Shown here in pieces: positions 46,703 through 59,700 of a stretch of DNA of 64,000 bases (within the stretch, counting starts at the first letter, position 1; each line of letters opens with the position of its first letter). Source of the stretch: Thermoplasmata archaeon. GTDB taxonomy: Archaea; Thermoplasmatota; Thermoplasmata; GCA-020350865. The notes beneath the pieces were generated by a model that saw nothing but the letters and a program-made list of their open reading frames with translations, was not told the origin of the DNA and ran no database searches. The DNA lies in NCBI GenBank assembly GCA_020348445.1, contig CP070751.1, forward strand, positions 3,089,702-3,153,701. Reading direction: 5' to 3'. A program made the position numbers and the translations under genes.

Positions 46703-47590
46703 TTATGCTTTCTCATCGTGCTTAATGGTTTCTTGTTCCTCGATCTTTTTTATCAAACTCAGGTATGTCTTGTATTCTTTGTCTAAACGAGTAGGCTCAA
46801 TACGGGCTACAGCGGCCTTCATTAAAAAATCCACCACCTTGTTAAGCCTTTGGATTGAAGGGTCCATATGAGTCAAACCCGCCCTCCTGAATTGTTCATT
46901 TATTATTGACATGGCAAATTCTGGTTCATCAAACAGATCGCAATATCTTGCCATGATAATGTTCTCCACTTCAGATACGGAGAGGGATCTTCCTGGGTGA
47001 AGCTCTGGTTCTCCATTCATCGTTTTTATTTCTTCCTTCTCTAGCATGGGCATTATATTTTTTTTCTCCCAAGGTTTTACCATCAATTCTCCCAGAGAAT
47101 GGAATGCTTCATTCACATTTTCCCCTGTCTTCGCACTTGTGAAATAACATTGAAATCCATACCTTTTAACATAATTTTTTATTTCACTTTTTTCAAATTC
47201 ACTGATTAAATCGTTCTTATTTGCAAGGACAACAACAGGAATCTCTCCAGTCTCTTTGTATAAGGATAACAGCCAGCTCCCAAGCGAATGCCAGGTACCT
47301 TTCCTCGTTTTGTCCATTACAAAGAACGCACCGTTTGCCCCTTTATACGCTTTTTTCTGAACTTTTGCAAAGCTTCTAAGACCTATGATGTCCCATATCT
47401 GAAGTTTTAAAATGATCTCTTCTTCTTTTGTTGTGATTTTCATCTTTTTTGCAGAGGTTTTAGAACCTATTGTGGCAATGTACCTATCACTAAATGTGTC
47501 AAGAACGAATCTTCTAATGAGGCTCGTTTTCCCTACCGCTGCCTCTCCAATTACACACATCTTCTTCATTACTACCTTTACTTTCGCCAT
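46703..47590 (-). CDS. Rab-like small GTPase with C-terminal helical domain (subtype B, switch-II Gln replaced by Leu)
   Basis: GEAAVGKTS, KLQIWDIIGL, NKND, SAK. Confidence 0.9.
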   Translation of the reverse strand: MAKVKVVMKKMCVIGEAAVGKTSLIRRFVLDTFSDRYIATIGSKTSAKKMKITTKEEEIILKLQIWDIIGLRSFAKVQKKAYKGANGAFFVMDKTRKGTWHSLGSWLLSLYKETGEIPVVVLANKNDLISEFEKSEIKNYVKRYGFQCYFTSAKTGENVNEAFHSLGELMVKPWEKKNIMPMLEKEEIKTMNGEPELHPGRSLSVSEVENIIMARYCDLFDEPEFAMSIINEQFRRAGLTHMDPSIQRLNKVVDFLMKAAVARIEPTRLDKEYKTYLSLIKKIEEQETIKHDEKA

Positions 47591-47796
47591 GGTCAGATCG
47601 CCACAACCAAACTATTATTTATTTTTAGGTAAAGGAATTTGCTATCTTTTCCTATCTCAGATTAGTATTTCAATATCTTCCTTTTATATTTTACCCCACA
47701 ATTATTAAAAATTAATTCTATCTTAAATGTTCATATATTTATTAAAAAGCCATTGGTCCTATGCCCTAGGATTTGGGATGCTTGGTATCATGTGCC

Positions 47797-50700
47797 CTAC
47801 AGCTCAGCGAATTGCACACCACACCTGGGACAGCTTGCAGCCTCGGCATCTATATCCTTACCACATACTGGGCATTCGTAAACTTCAATCTCTATGATGT
47901 TTTCTGAATATACTTCTGAGCCATCCTCAAATGCCTCATCCTCTCCGTCTTTCCATTCGTAAAGAGATTCATCAGATTCCTCTGCGTGGGCATCAAGCCG
48001 AGGTTGATCTGGCATATCTTGGGAATCAGTATGTTTGTATCCTCTATCAGGAATTAGAGTCATGGTCAATGCCCTTATGCCCTCTAATTGGGAGATATCA
48101 CCATCCCAATCTTCTAATATGGTGCCATATTCTTTGTTGATATCTTGGAAGAACCTTCTAACACGTTTGCGAAGCTTTCGACCATAACCCTCGAATATAA
48201 CCGCTATATAGAGACATTCCGATCTTTCTATGAGGATCTTGTTTTCACCAAATCCCATCTCATCAAGTTCCCAATCAACATCTGAGGTCTGACCTGAAAA
48301 GGCATCATTAATAAAGTCCTGGACTGCGGTGAACATCCCGCTGACCACCACATCCTCTAAATCCGATCTTTCCCATCGAGAAACGTGGGCTATGGGCAAG
48401 CCATTTTCGTGGATTAAGAACGCATCGTATACAATATAACCGCTCTTTTTCCAGTAAATCGCAATTGCACCGCCAATTGCGGCGATGAGAATTGAAAATA
48501 TCCAAGGCCAGGGAAGTGTATCCCATATAGAGGGGGCTTGGGGTTTTGTACTCTTGATATCTACAATGAAGCTACTTGTAGCCACAAGTTCACCATCGGT
48601 TACTGTGATTGTTATGGTATCGATCTTTATTCCCTCAGGATACTGGAATACCAACATATTGCCGACCAAAGTTACGTAACCTTCACCTGCCGCGCTTTCA
48701 ACGGTGATTATAAGCTCGGACATATCATTATCAATATCATGGATATATTGTGAAAGATCCAATATCCATTGGTCTCCCACTTTCTTTTCCTGCGTTGGTA
48801 TGAGACCTATTGTAGGTGGATCATTTACAGGGACAACCACCACAAGTATACTATCCTCGGCCAAAGCCCCATGCGGGTCTGTCGCCCTGAATGTAATGAC
48901 CTCTGAGCCGTACCAATTTTCAGGTGCACTGAAATCCACGGTTAGATCCTTATTGATCGTTACATTGATGAATTTTGAGCCGTTTGTGTAGTACAGAACA
49001 TCGTTGTCCACATCAAAGAAATAGTCGCTTAATGTAAAGGTCCCATTCAGATTCGTATCCTCATCAAAGAATACATCAGGGATTTTATATCTGAGCTCAG
49101 GTGGAAAATCATCCGAAATTGTGATATTTATCTCCTGGGAAGCTGTCAACAAACCATCGGATACATAAATCGTTATAGGTATTGTGGTGCTGTTCATCCA
49201 TTCAGGATAGGTGATAACTATCCCTAAGTTGTTGTTTTGTTGTAACCTGATGTAATCCGTCAATTCAGAGGTACTTACCATTAATTCATCTGGAGTATTG
49301 TCAGGATCTGAAATATATGGCGATAGGTCAAAAGCATAGGAATAATCGAAATGTACAACCAGGTCAGGTATATCTGATATGGTTGGACCATCATTCACTG
49401 GTATGACTGTAACCCTTATGGTATCCTCTGAAATGGCTCCAATGGGATCCTGTGCTCTAAATGTCACATATTCTGTACCTGTCCATTGTCCCTGGGCTGT
49501 TATGTCCACCGTGTTATTCTGGTTTATATCCACAATGATATGGAAGTAGCCTGATGTGAAGAATAAACTATCATGATCCTTATCAACAAAATAATCGTCC
49601 AGGTCAAAGACATAATAAAGTGTAGTATTTTCTTCGAGAATAACATCTGGTAATTGACTTACAAGCTCAGGAACCCAATCGGAGGTGACATTGACCCTTA
49701 CCATGGTTTGAGTGGTGTCAGTGCCATCAGATAAAGTCAGAGTGACAAGAACGCTTTGGCCAACCATATTCTGTGGGTAGTGGAAGGTCACCTTGAGACC
49801 ATCCACTTCGACATAACCATCTCCTGAGTCTGACGTTGACTCTGATGTTGTGAGGATTAGGTTCTCTATCGGAGTCTCAACATCGTGAACATAGAAAGTG
49901 TAATCCCATGGACTTGGATTATCTTCATCTGTGTTTGGATCATCGTAATGAACAAAGATATCAGGAGGCATGGGATTGAAATAGGGTAGATCATTGAGGG
50001 GTGTAATATTGATCCATAATATCTGGGAATCCCTATCACCGCTGCTATCAACGAGCCATAATGTAACCTCATCATTACCATAGGCATCTGGATGCGGGAT
50101 AAACGTTAATATATTGTTTGTGCTGTTCATGCCTGTAACTGAGTAGAGATCGTTATCTACTCCTGTTAGATGCCAATTTAAATCAGTATCAGAATCCTCT
50201 ATGTCAGACCCATAGGATGTGAGAGCAATTGACCAAGGCAAGCTGTCTTCGGGCTTGATTTGATTGGGAACCTCCCACACTATCATCGGAGGTCTGTTTC
50301 CGGTATCTTGCACCGTCAGTAATCCTTCTATTTCATCGACATTATAATTCGCAGAGCCTTCATATTTTGCCCAAATACCGTAATTTTCAGGGGTTAGATT
50401 GACATAATAATTTATTTGTGCAACACCGCCCAAGGAGGTTGCGGCCATTACGATCTCCTCACTGGGCTCGTAGAATTCGTTTCTATTCCTATCAAGGTAA
50501 AAGACAACTTGCTGATCCCCAATTGGATTACCCATATCGTCTATCAGGGTTGCATTTATTGACGCTGTTTCTCCAACCTCCACAACAGTGATTACAGATT
50601 TAAGAGTGGCCTGTTTTGGATTTATTGTTATTTGTGCTTCGTCATCTTCGATATCGTAATCCCCTGATCCAACATATAACACAGTAAAATTGTAAATACC

Positions 50701-53700
50701 TATGTCCAGATATGAGGAATAAATCACCGATATACTTCCATCAGATTGTGTTACACCCTGATCCACAAACTCTCCTGCTTCAAGAATCCCATTTTTGTTG
50801 ATATCTATATAATAAGCAACATTTTGGCCTTGAATTGGCTGGAAGTCATCATCCAGTAACCTAGAATTGAGCTGTATCGCATCACTGAATTCTACCAAGC
50901 TGTCAATGGCATATAGAATCCCGTGTTTTGGCGAGACATTCGGGCTATTTATCGTTGATGTATCCGGCGCCCACAATCCCATTGAATCGTTGGATGCATA
51001 ATGGAAAGAATAATTGGCTGCAGATAATGTCATGTTATAATAGTATTCCTTACCATCAGTGTAATCAGAATCTGACGTATTTGCCTCCATCATATGAAAA
51101 ACTCCAAGTCCTGTTATGTTTAAGATGATTGCATCAGGTGGATGGTCTTCTAAATCTGTATAGGTGACAGTGAAGTTAAAGATTGTATCAATAGAGCCTG
51201 TTGTTGGATCAACCTGCGCCAAAGATAGTATTGGGGCTCTATTCACAACATCGAATTGCATAACACCGGTTTCAGTCCATTGGCCAACTGAATCGTTAGC
51301 AGTAAAGGAGAACGTATATTGCCCAACGTCAAATCCAGATAGATTGATGTAATATTCCTTGCCATCAGTGTACTCCACATCCAATAGATCCATCTCGATT
51401 AAATCATATATTCCCACCCCGGTAATGTTCACGGTTATAGTATCCTGAGAATGGTTATCAAAGTCAGAATATGTGACTGTAAAATTGAACCACGACTCGA
51501 TATAACCGGTGTTTTGATCCACCATAGCCGCAGATAAAATCGGAGCCCTATTGATAACATCGAACTGTAAGATAGTGCTTTCTGTCCAGTTCCCAAGGGA
51601 ATCATTTGCAGCGAAATTGAAGAAATGAGTTCCAAGTGAAAATCCTGACATATTGTAATAATATCCTTTGCCATCTGTGTAATCGGTATCCAAGAAATCG
51701 GTTTCTTCTAGAATATAAATTCCAATCCCTGAAATATTTACCGTGATTCTACCAGGTGTATGATCATCCAAATCCGTGTATATTACGGTGAAATTGAAAT
51801 CAGAATCCAGATAGCCTAAGGTTGGAGTTACCAAAGGAACTGAAAGGCTTGGCGGCCTGTTAAGCACATTAAATCCCAAAAGACCGGTCTCAACCCAGTC
51901 TCCTTTAGTATCATTTGCCGCGAAATTAAAAGTAAACGATCCTATTGTGAATCCTGAGGCATTGTAATAATATTCCTTACCATCTGTATAATCTGTATCC
52001 AAGGAATCTACTTCCCCGAGATCATAGACACCATAGCCTGTTATGTTCACTGTTATTTTATTTGGAGCTTGATCGTCAAGATCCTGATAAATAATCGAGA
52101 AATTGAAACCAGAGTTGATATTTCCCGAATTGGGTGCAACCTGCGGGGAAGTAAATGTGGGAGGTCTATTTAATATATTGAACTGATTGGTTTCACTGAC
52201 CACGCTGTTACCAATTGAATCATTTGTTTCGAAATAAAATTGATATGTACGAATGGTGAAACCAGAGGTATTGAAGTAATATTCTTTTCCATCTGTGTAA
52301 TCCGAGTCGAATGGATCAACTTCCATAAGATCAAAGGTTCCAAAGCTGGAAATAACCACTGTTATGTTTACTGGTGGTAAATTTGCAGGGCTTGCGTAAT
52401 TTACAGTGAAGTTGAAACCAGTATCTACATTACCGATTAAGGGATTGACAGATGGTAATGTAAGAGAAAGGGCACTGGAGAGTATATCAAAGGAGGAGGA
52501 GCCAGTTTCAACCCAGATTCCATTGGTATCATTTGCTGCAAAGTGGAAGAAATGGGTCCCTAAAGTGAATCCGGACTGATTTAGATAGAATCCATTTCCG
52601 TCGGTATAATCCATATCTAATGGGTCAATTGGAATAAGATCATAATTTCCCCATCCTGTGATATTAACTAAAATATTGTCAGGTTCTAGGTTATTGGGGC
52701 TAGTATATTTTACTGTAAAGTTGAATCCTGTATTGGGATAACCAGAGGACGGGTTGACTGAATCTGAGGAAAGTAATGGGGTCGAGTCAAGAACATCGAA
52801 AAATAACGTTCCTCCTTCAACCCAGTCCCCTATTGTGTCGTTTGCCGCAAAGTGGAATGAATAGGTACCTATGGAAAATCCTGATGTATTGTAGTAGTAT
52901 TCCTTACCATCAGTATAATCTAAATCAAGAGGATCGAGTTCTGATAAATCATAAACACCCTCACCTGAAATATTCACCATTACATTGTAAGGTGCATGGT
53001 CATCCAAATCTGTGTATATCACAGTGAAATTGAATCCTGTATCTGTGTATCCAATAACTGGATCTACCGAAGAAGAAGATAATGTTGGTAACCTGTTAAC
53101 AATCACGAACTGGTAAATAGCAGTATTGGTCCAGTTTCCTATGGTATCATTGGCCCAAATGAGATATTGATAAAGGCCGGGTATTACATACATTGAATTA
53201 TTGTACCATTGGTTGCCAGCTCCTTCTGTCATTGAGGCATTGGTGTAACCGCCATCAGGATATGTAATGTTTAGCCAAACTCCGTATATTCCACTTGGGG
53301 CCGTCACATTGCATGATATGTTAACATATTCATCGATGTACTGACTCTCTGGGGTGGTCAAAATATCTGTAATCTCAAAAGGAATTGATATTGTAAAGGT
53401 CAAAATGTATGTCTTTCCTGCATCGATTCCCCCATCATCGTTTGCTGGTGCACCTACGATTATATCATCTTGGTCATCTCCATTTACATCCCCTGCAAAG
53501 GAAACAGACCAGCCGAAATGATCATTTGCATATTCTCCATAATATTTCCAATCTGCAAGGTTGTCCATGGATGATCCACCACTGAAAACATAAATTGCTC
53601 CAACATCCAATTTGGCACCGTCATCGTAATATGGAGCCCCGACCATAACATCAGCTACTGCGTCCCCGTTTAAGTCTCCTGCGCTTTTCACCGAGAATCC

Positions 53701-56700
53701 GAATCTATCTCCATGATTTTCTCCTGTGAGTTTTAAATCGGATGTGGCATCCATGGAGGACCCACCATTAAAAATATAGGCCCTTCCCACAGTAGGTGGT
53801 TCAAGCTTTTGTATGTAGATATCGATATCAGAAGCACCGTTTCTATCATCTCCCCAACCGACATACATATGTCCATCTGAATCCACATCCAGTCTTGGCA
53901 TTATCTGGTTTGATGATGCTCCCCCTTCGTTCACTTTTATGTCAGAAGAGTCCCATTGTGCTGTGCCTGATGAGTTATATTTTTGGGAATAAATATCTCC
54001 CAACCCATTTCTGTAATCGCTCCAAACAAAAATCGGGTTCCCTTCGGGATCAACATCCACCCAGGGATCCAACTGATGGTAAGTGTCTGAGTTCTGTTTT
54101 GCATCCTTATCAGAGGGACCCCATAGGGCAGTTCCCATTGAATCGAGTCTCTGTGCAAAGGTATCATAATCACCTGCACCGTTTCGGGCGTCCTCCCATA
54201 TAACATATGCATTTCCATCTGAGTCCGTTGCCACTTCGGGACTGTATTGGACTGCACTATCAGAGTTCTGGTTAACAAGTATATCGGTGTTTCCCCATAT
54301 TGCATTACCATCTGGATCAAGCTGCTGTGCATAAATATCCGCAATGTCACCTGGACTGTTTCTTTCGTCAAACCATACATAGATAGAGCTTCCGTTTGGA
54401 TAAACAGCCGCAGAAACCGAAAATTGGTCATAGCTATCTGAATTCTGGTTGATTAATTTGTCATTTAAACCCCATTGTGGTGCTCCATCGGAATCAAGTT
54501 TTTGTGCATATAAATCTCCATCCGACCCGCGCCAATCACCAAAGGCAACAATGACATTGTCGTCTGAGTCAATAGTTGCATCGGGATTGTACTGATCTGC
54601 AATGTCTGAGTTCTGATTTACTTTTTTATCAGAAAGGCCCCATAAAGGAAGCCCATTGGGGTCGAGTTTCTGGGCATAGATATCTGATTCTCCATTTCGT
54701 TTATCTTCCCATACAATAATCGCATTTCCCAAAGAATCGACAACAACAACAGGATCCAACTGATCTACGCTATCCGAGTTTTTATTGACTCTTATATCAG
54801 TTGGGCCCCACAATGCATTACCATCGCTGTCAAACTTTTGGGCATAAATGTCGTAATCATCGCTTCCATTTCTTGTGTCGTGCCAGACAACAATTACATT
54901 TCCATGGTAATCCGCGGCAATAAAGGTTGCGTTCTGATATGCACTATCTGGATTCTGGTTTGCCTGAATGTCTAAAGGACCCCAGGCAGCGGAATAGTTA
55001 CCGTGATTATCATTGTATTCAGGAGCTCCCACAATGACATCATTATATCGGTCATTATTCAGATCCCCAGCATTTGAAACCGAGTAACCGAACTCATCAT
55101 TTGGACTTTCACCTATAAGCATCGTATCGGCATCTGAGGCATTGATAGATGAAGGTAGGTATTCAATGTTAAGGAATACGTAAGCCGCTCCGGTACTGCT
55201 GTTGTTCCCAGGTGCCCCAATGATAATATCGGTTGAGCCATCACCATTTAAATCACCAGCATCAGATACAGCCCATCCAAATCGATCATCTGAATGAGAG
55301 CCAATCATGATTACATCCGCATTTTGAGCTGATATTCCTCCAGTTAATCCAGATCTCCCAGAAAATATGTATGCCCTCCCCTGCTTTCCATTATAACCAT
55401 ATGCGCCAACAATAACATTATCGTAATTATTTACATTAAAAGATTCCTCGTTGCCTAATGTGTAAGAAGAACTAGGATCGTTCTGATTGTTGTATGAAGC
55501 ATCAATCCAGTCCCATGAACGTGCAACATTGGAGATTCTGACTTCATCTATTATACCATCGAATTCTCCCCAACTCCCATTTCCAATTGTCACAGAAGTC
55601 TGTCCAGTCAATTCAACTGCACCCAACAGTATGGTGCTATTTAAACATTCTCCATCCCAATAGATACAAACTCTCTTTGCATTATCATCGTATGTACCCG
55701 CAATATGATGCCACTCTCCAGAGGAAAATGTAATTGTTTCAATCTCACAAAGATAAGCACCCCCATCATCCTGGGAGTCATGAACAACATACATATTGTT
55801 GTTACTATGTTTTGCTATGAAGAATTTCCGCGAAACACCATTATACCATTCTATTACAGTATGGAGAACCCCATCATCCCAATTAAAGTCTGGTTTAATC
55901 CAAGCCATAAAAGTTCTTGAGCCATCCATCGCCATACTTGAGGTTTCAATATAATCATCATCTCCACCGAACTCATCCGCGCCATCTATTCTACCAGTAG
56001 CATCGGTGGTTCCATCACCGCCATCCTGGAAGTTTTTGGGAGTGCCATCGTTATCGTTGCTAGTAGAATCTATGTGGCCTTCCACATCATCATTGGGGCT
56101 CTCTTCCAAATGATGAACCATCTTGTAATTATCATCCCAGACGCTCTCTGGATTCTCCGTGGGAGAGCGCTGAGCGTTGTTACCATAATACATGTAGACG
56201 ACTGTATCGAAGGAGGAAGAAAGATAAGGAATCCTAACCCAAGCCACAAGCTTACCTGAAGAACTATTGTAGCTCTCGATTTCGTGATCTAGCTTTGTTC
56301 TTCCATCTAATTCTGTAAACAAAATATCATTTCCGTTAGGCAGAGCTTTGGATTTTAAATCGGAATCGGTAATCCTGATAAGGAATGGGAAATCTGTAAG
56401 ATTTCCTGCAACTTGTGAAGAGCTGATGGTAATGGGTTTACGATATAGCCAACATGCAGGGTTGAGCTCCTCGGAACCTATCGAATAAAATGTACCTGTA
56501 TCGTTCTGGTTGTTGTACTGAGTAGCGATCCAGTCAATTGAACGAACAACGTTAGAGATTCGGACTTCATCTATTGAACCGTTGAAATATGCACCACTCA
56601 TTCCTATTTTAATTTCATTGGTATTTGAATATATTGTGGTTGAGCCTACTTCCTCAATGTCTTCTAACTCACCATTCACATATACTCTCAAATATCTTCC

Positions 56701-59700
56701 GTCGAATGTGCCTAGAACATGCACCCATTCATCGGCAGTTATGTAAACATCTGATGCATGGGTACCTCCTGTCCAGTCCCCAGTATCGTTGTATATTCCA
56801 AAGCACCATGCATCATCCCAGCCATTCCATCCAAGAAGCCAGGCGCCAGGTTTTTGATTTCCTCCGAACCATTGATTGGGCTCCTCTGTATGATCCTCAT
56901 TACAATTAAACCATCCCTCAACAGTAATAACCTCAGTGATATCCAAGTTCGAGGAATAAGCCACGTCAACATGATCGTCACTACCATCAAACTCATCAGC
57001 ACCATCTATCTTTCCAGAAGCGTTCTGGGTTCCCGGTGAATCGATGTACTCTATTCCATTATTCAAATACTTAGTAGAGTCGTAATGGATTCCAGAGGTT
57101 TCATGAAGGTGTTGAACCATTACATAACTATCATCCCATACTCCCTCGATATTTTCTGTTGGAGAAGTTTGAGCGCTGTTTCCATAATGCATGTAAATTG
57201 TGGTTGTGGAAGATGAGGAAAGGAAGGGAATCCTCACCCATGCTGCCAATTCACCAGAACTGGCATTGTAGCTCTCGATTTCATGATCAAGTCTTGTCCT
57301 TCCATCCTGCTCTGTAAAGACAATATCATAACCGTCGGGTCGAGCTCTGTTTTTAAGGTCCAAATCCACGGTATTCACAAGAATCGGGAAATCAGTTAGG
57401 TCTCCGGTTATTTTGGAAGTATTGAGTGTAATTGCTTTTCTGTACATCCAATTCTGGGGGAAAGATTCTTCGGCACCAACTGTGTAAAATGTACCTGTGT
57501 CGTTTTGGTTGTTGTATTCGGTTGCGACCCAGTGGCTGGAACGGGCAACGCTTGAGATTCTGACTTCATCAATTGTGCCGTTAAAAAGCCATTTAGCTTG
57601 GCCTGATCCAGATTCGTTAAAAGCACCAATCCATCCATTTCCTGTATTTGAAAAATCAACTCCCGAGATGCTGTCATTAAAGGAAAAGTTACCTGCTAAA
57701 TCTCCATTATGATAAACCCTTAATGTTCCATTCGCACCTTCTGTTCTGTCTATAATCCAGCTAATCATATACCAGCTATCTTTTGTAAAATCGATTCCAT
57801 TATCAAGAGAACCTGATGCCCTATATATACTTCCCCCAATCACCGAATAAAATTGCATAGCATCTTCGTCTCTTAATCTAAAGTAAAAACGATTATTATC
57901 ATCTTGTACTTTAGAATAGAGTATATTATCCCAGAATTGGCTATCATCTAATTCCTTTGGATAAATCCATGCGTTTAATGAAAAACCCACGGCATTACCA
58001 ATATTCAAGCTTGTATCATCTCCACAATCAACGTAATCATCATCTCCACCAAACTCATCCGCGCCATCTATTCTACCGGTAGCATCGGTGGTTCCATCAC
58101 CACTATCCTGAAAGTTTTTAGGAGTGCCTTCATTATGATTAATGGTAGAATCATAATGGCCTTCAACATCGTCATCAGGACTTTCTTCTAAATGCTGGAC
58201 CATAACATAATTATCGTCCCAAACACCTGTTGGATTCTCGGTGGAGGAAGATTGGCCTCTGTTTCCGTAATGCAAATATATGATTGTATCCAAAGTGGAC
58301 GAAAGTTCGGGGATCCTTACCCAAGCTGTTAATTCCCCGGTTGTGCCATCATGTTTCTCAATCTCGTGATCAAGTCTAGTCTTACCATCACTTTCAGTGA
58401 AAATGATATCATACCCATCTGTTCTTGCTTTGTTTTTTAGATCTGAGTCGGTAATATCTATAAGAATAGGGAAATCGGTAAGATCTCCAGTTACTTGGGA
58501 AGAATTAATGATGATAGATTTGCGGTATTGCCAATTGGTAGGTATGATTTCCTCATCACCGATTGTGTAAAAAGAGCTTGAATCATTCTGGTTCTTGTAT
58601 GAGGTAGTTATCCAATCCAAAGACCGAGTAATATTTGAAATACGGACTTCATCTATTGAGCCCTTCCACTGATCAGATATTTCAAATCTAACTCCTAAAA
58701 ACAAGTCACTGCCAGCATTTAGTCCCCCGTCTGTCGTCCCAGAATCTTTCACAGCACCATCAACAAATAATACCCAGGAAGAATCATTTGAAGCAAATGT
58801 GATATAACTCCATGCATCCAGAGTAATGGATCCCAGAGCTTCTACTATTTCATCATTGTCAATGCCTGAATTAAATACATGGAGGTTTGTAATGGGATCT
58901 CCAGATTCAAATCTGAAATTACCATTCCCAAATGAAAATGGATTATCCCATGTAGTTCCATCTGAAGCTGTATTGACCCAGAGGGAAAATGTAAGGTTCT
59001 TTTTACTATTCAATGTAGTTCCGATACTATTAATTTTGACGTAATCATCACTCCCATCAAACTCATCAGCACCATCTATCTTTCCAACGGCATCCTGTGT
59101 TCCAGGAGAGTCTATGTACTCGATTCCATCGTAATTATATTGCGTAGAGTCATAATGAGTTCCGGATTTCTCTTGTAAGTGCTGGACCATTACATAATTA
59201 TCATCCCAAACACCCCTTGGATTTGATTGTTCTGGTGCATCCAAGTTGCTGTAATGCATGTAAAAAACCGTGTTTGAGGAGGAACTTAGCAAGGGAATCT
59301 TCACCCAGGCAACCAGTTCACCCATACTGCCATTATAACTTTCTATCTCATGATCGAGCTTGGTAACACCATCTGCACCTGTAAAAACGATATCATAACC
59401 GTCGGAACGCGCCTTGCTTATAAGATCAGAATCAGTAAGGTTTATTAGAACCGGAAAATCTTTCAGATCACCGGCCACTTGAGCGGCGTTGATTGTGATT
59501 CTCTTGCGATACTGCCAACCCGTGGGATTGATTTCTTCTAAACCAACCATATAAAATGAATTTATGCCGTTCTGGTTGTTGTATTCAGTATCGAGCCAGG
59601 CGTTGGATCTAGCAACAGAGGATATACGCACCTCATCTAGAATGCCATCAAGGGGCTTCCAAAGGCTTCCCGGATTGAGCCCAAGGTATATATCCCAATC

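Noticed and set aside
41827-47590. GTPases as Roco (Roc-COR) or MglA proteins
   Set aside because: There is no LRR or COR-sized domain, the C-terminal extension is only about 100 aa, and the MglA-type G1/G3 (GxxxxGKTT, TVPGQ) is absent. The motifs are closer to Rab/Rho. A phylogeny is still needed.
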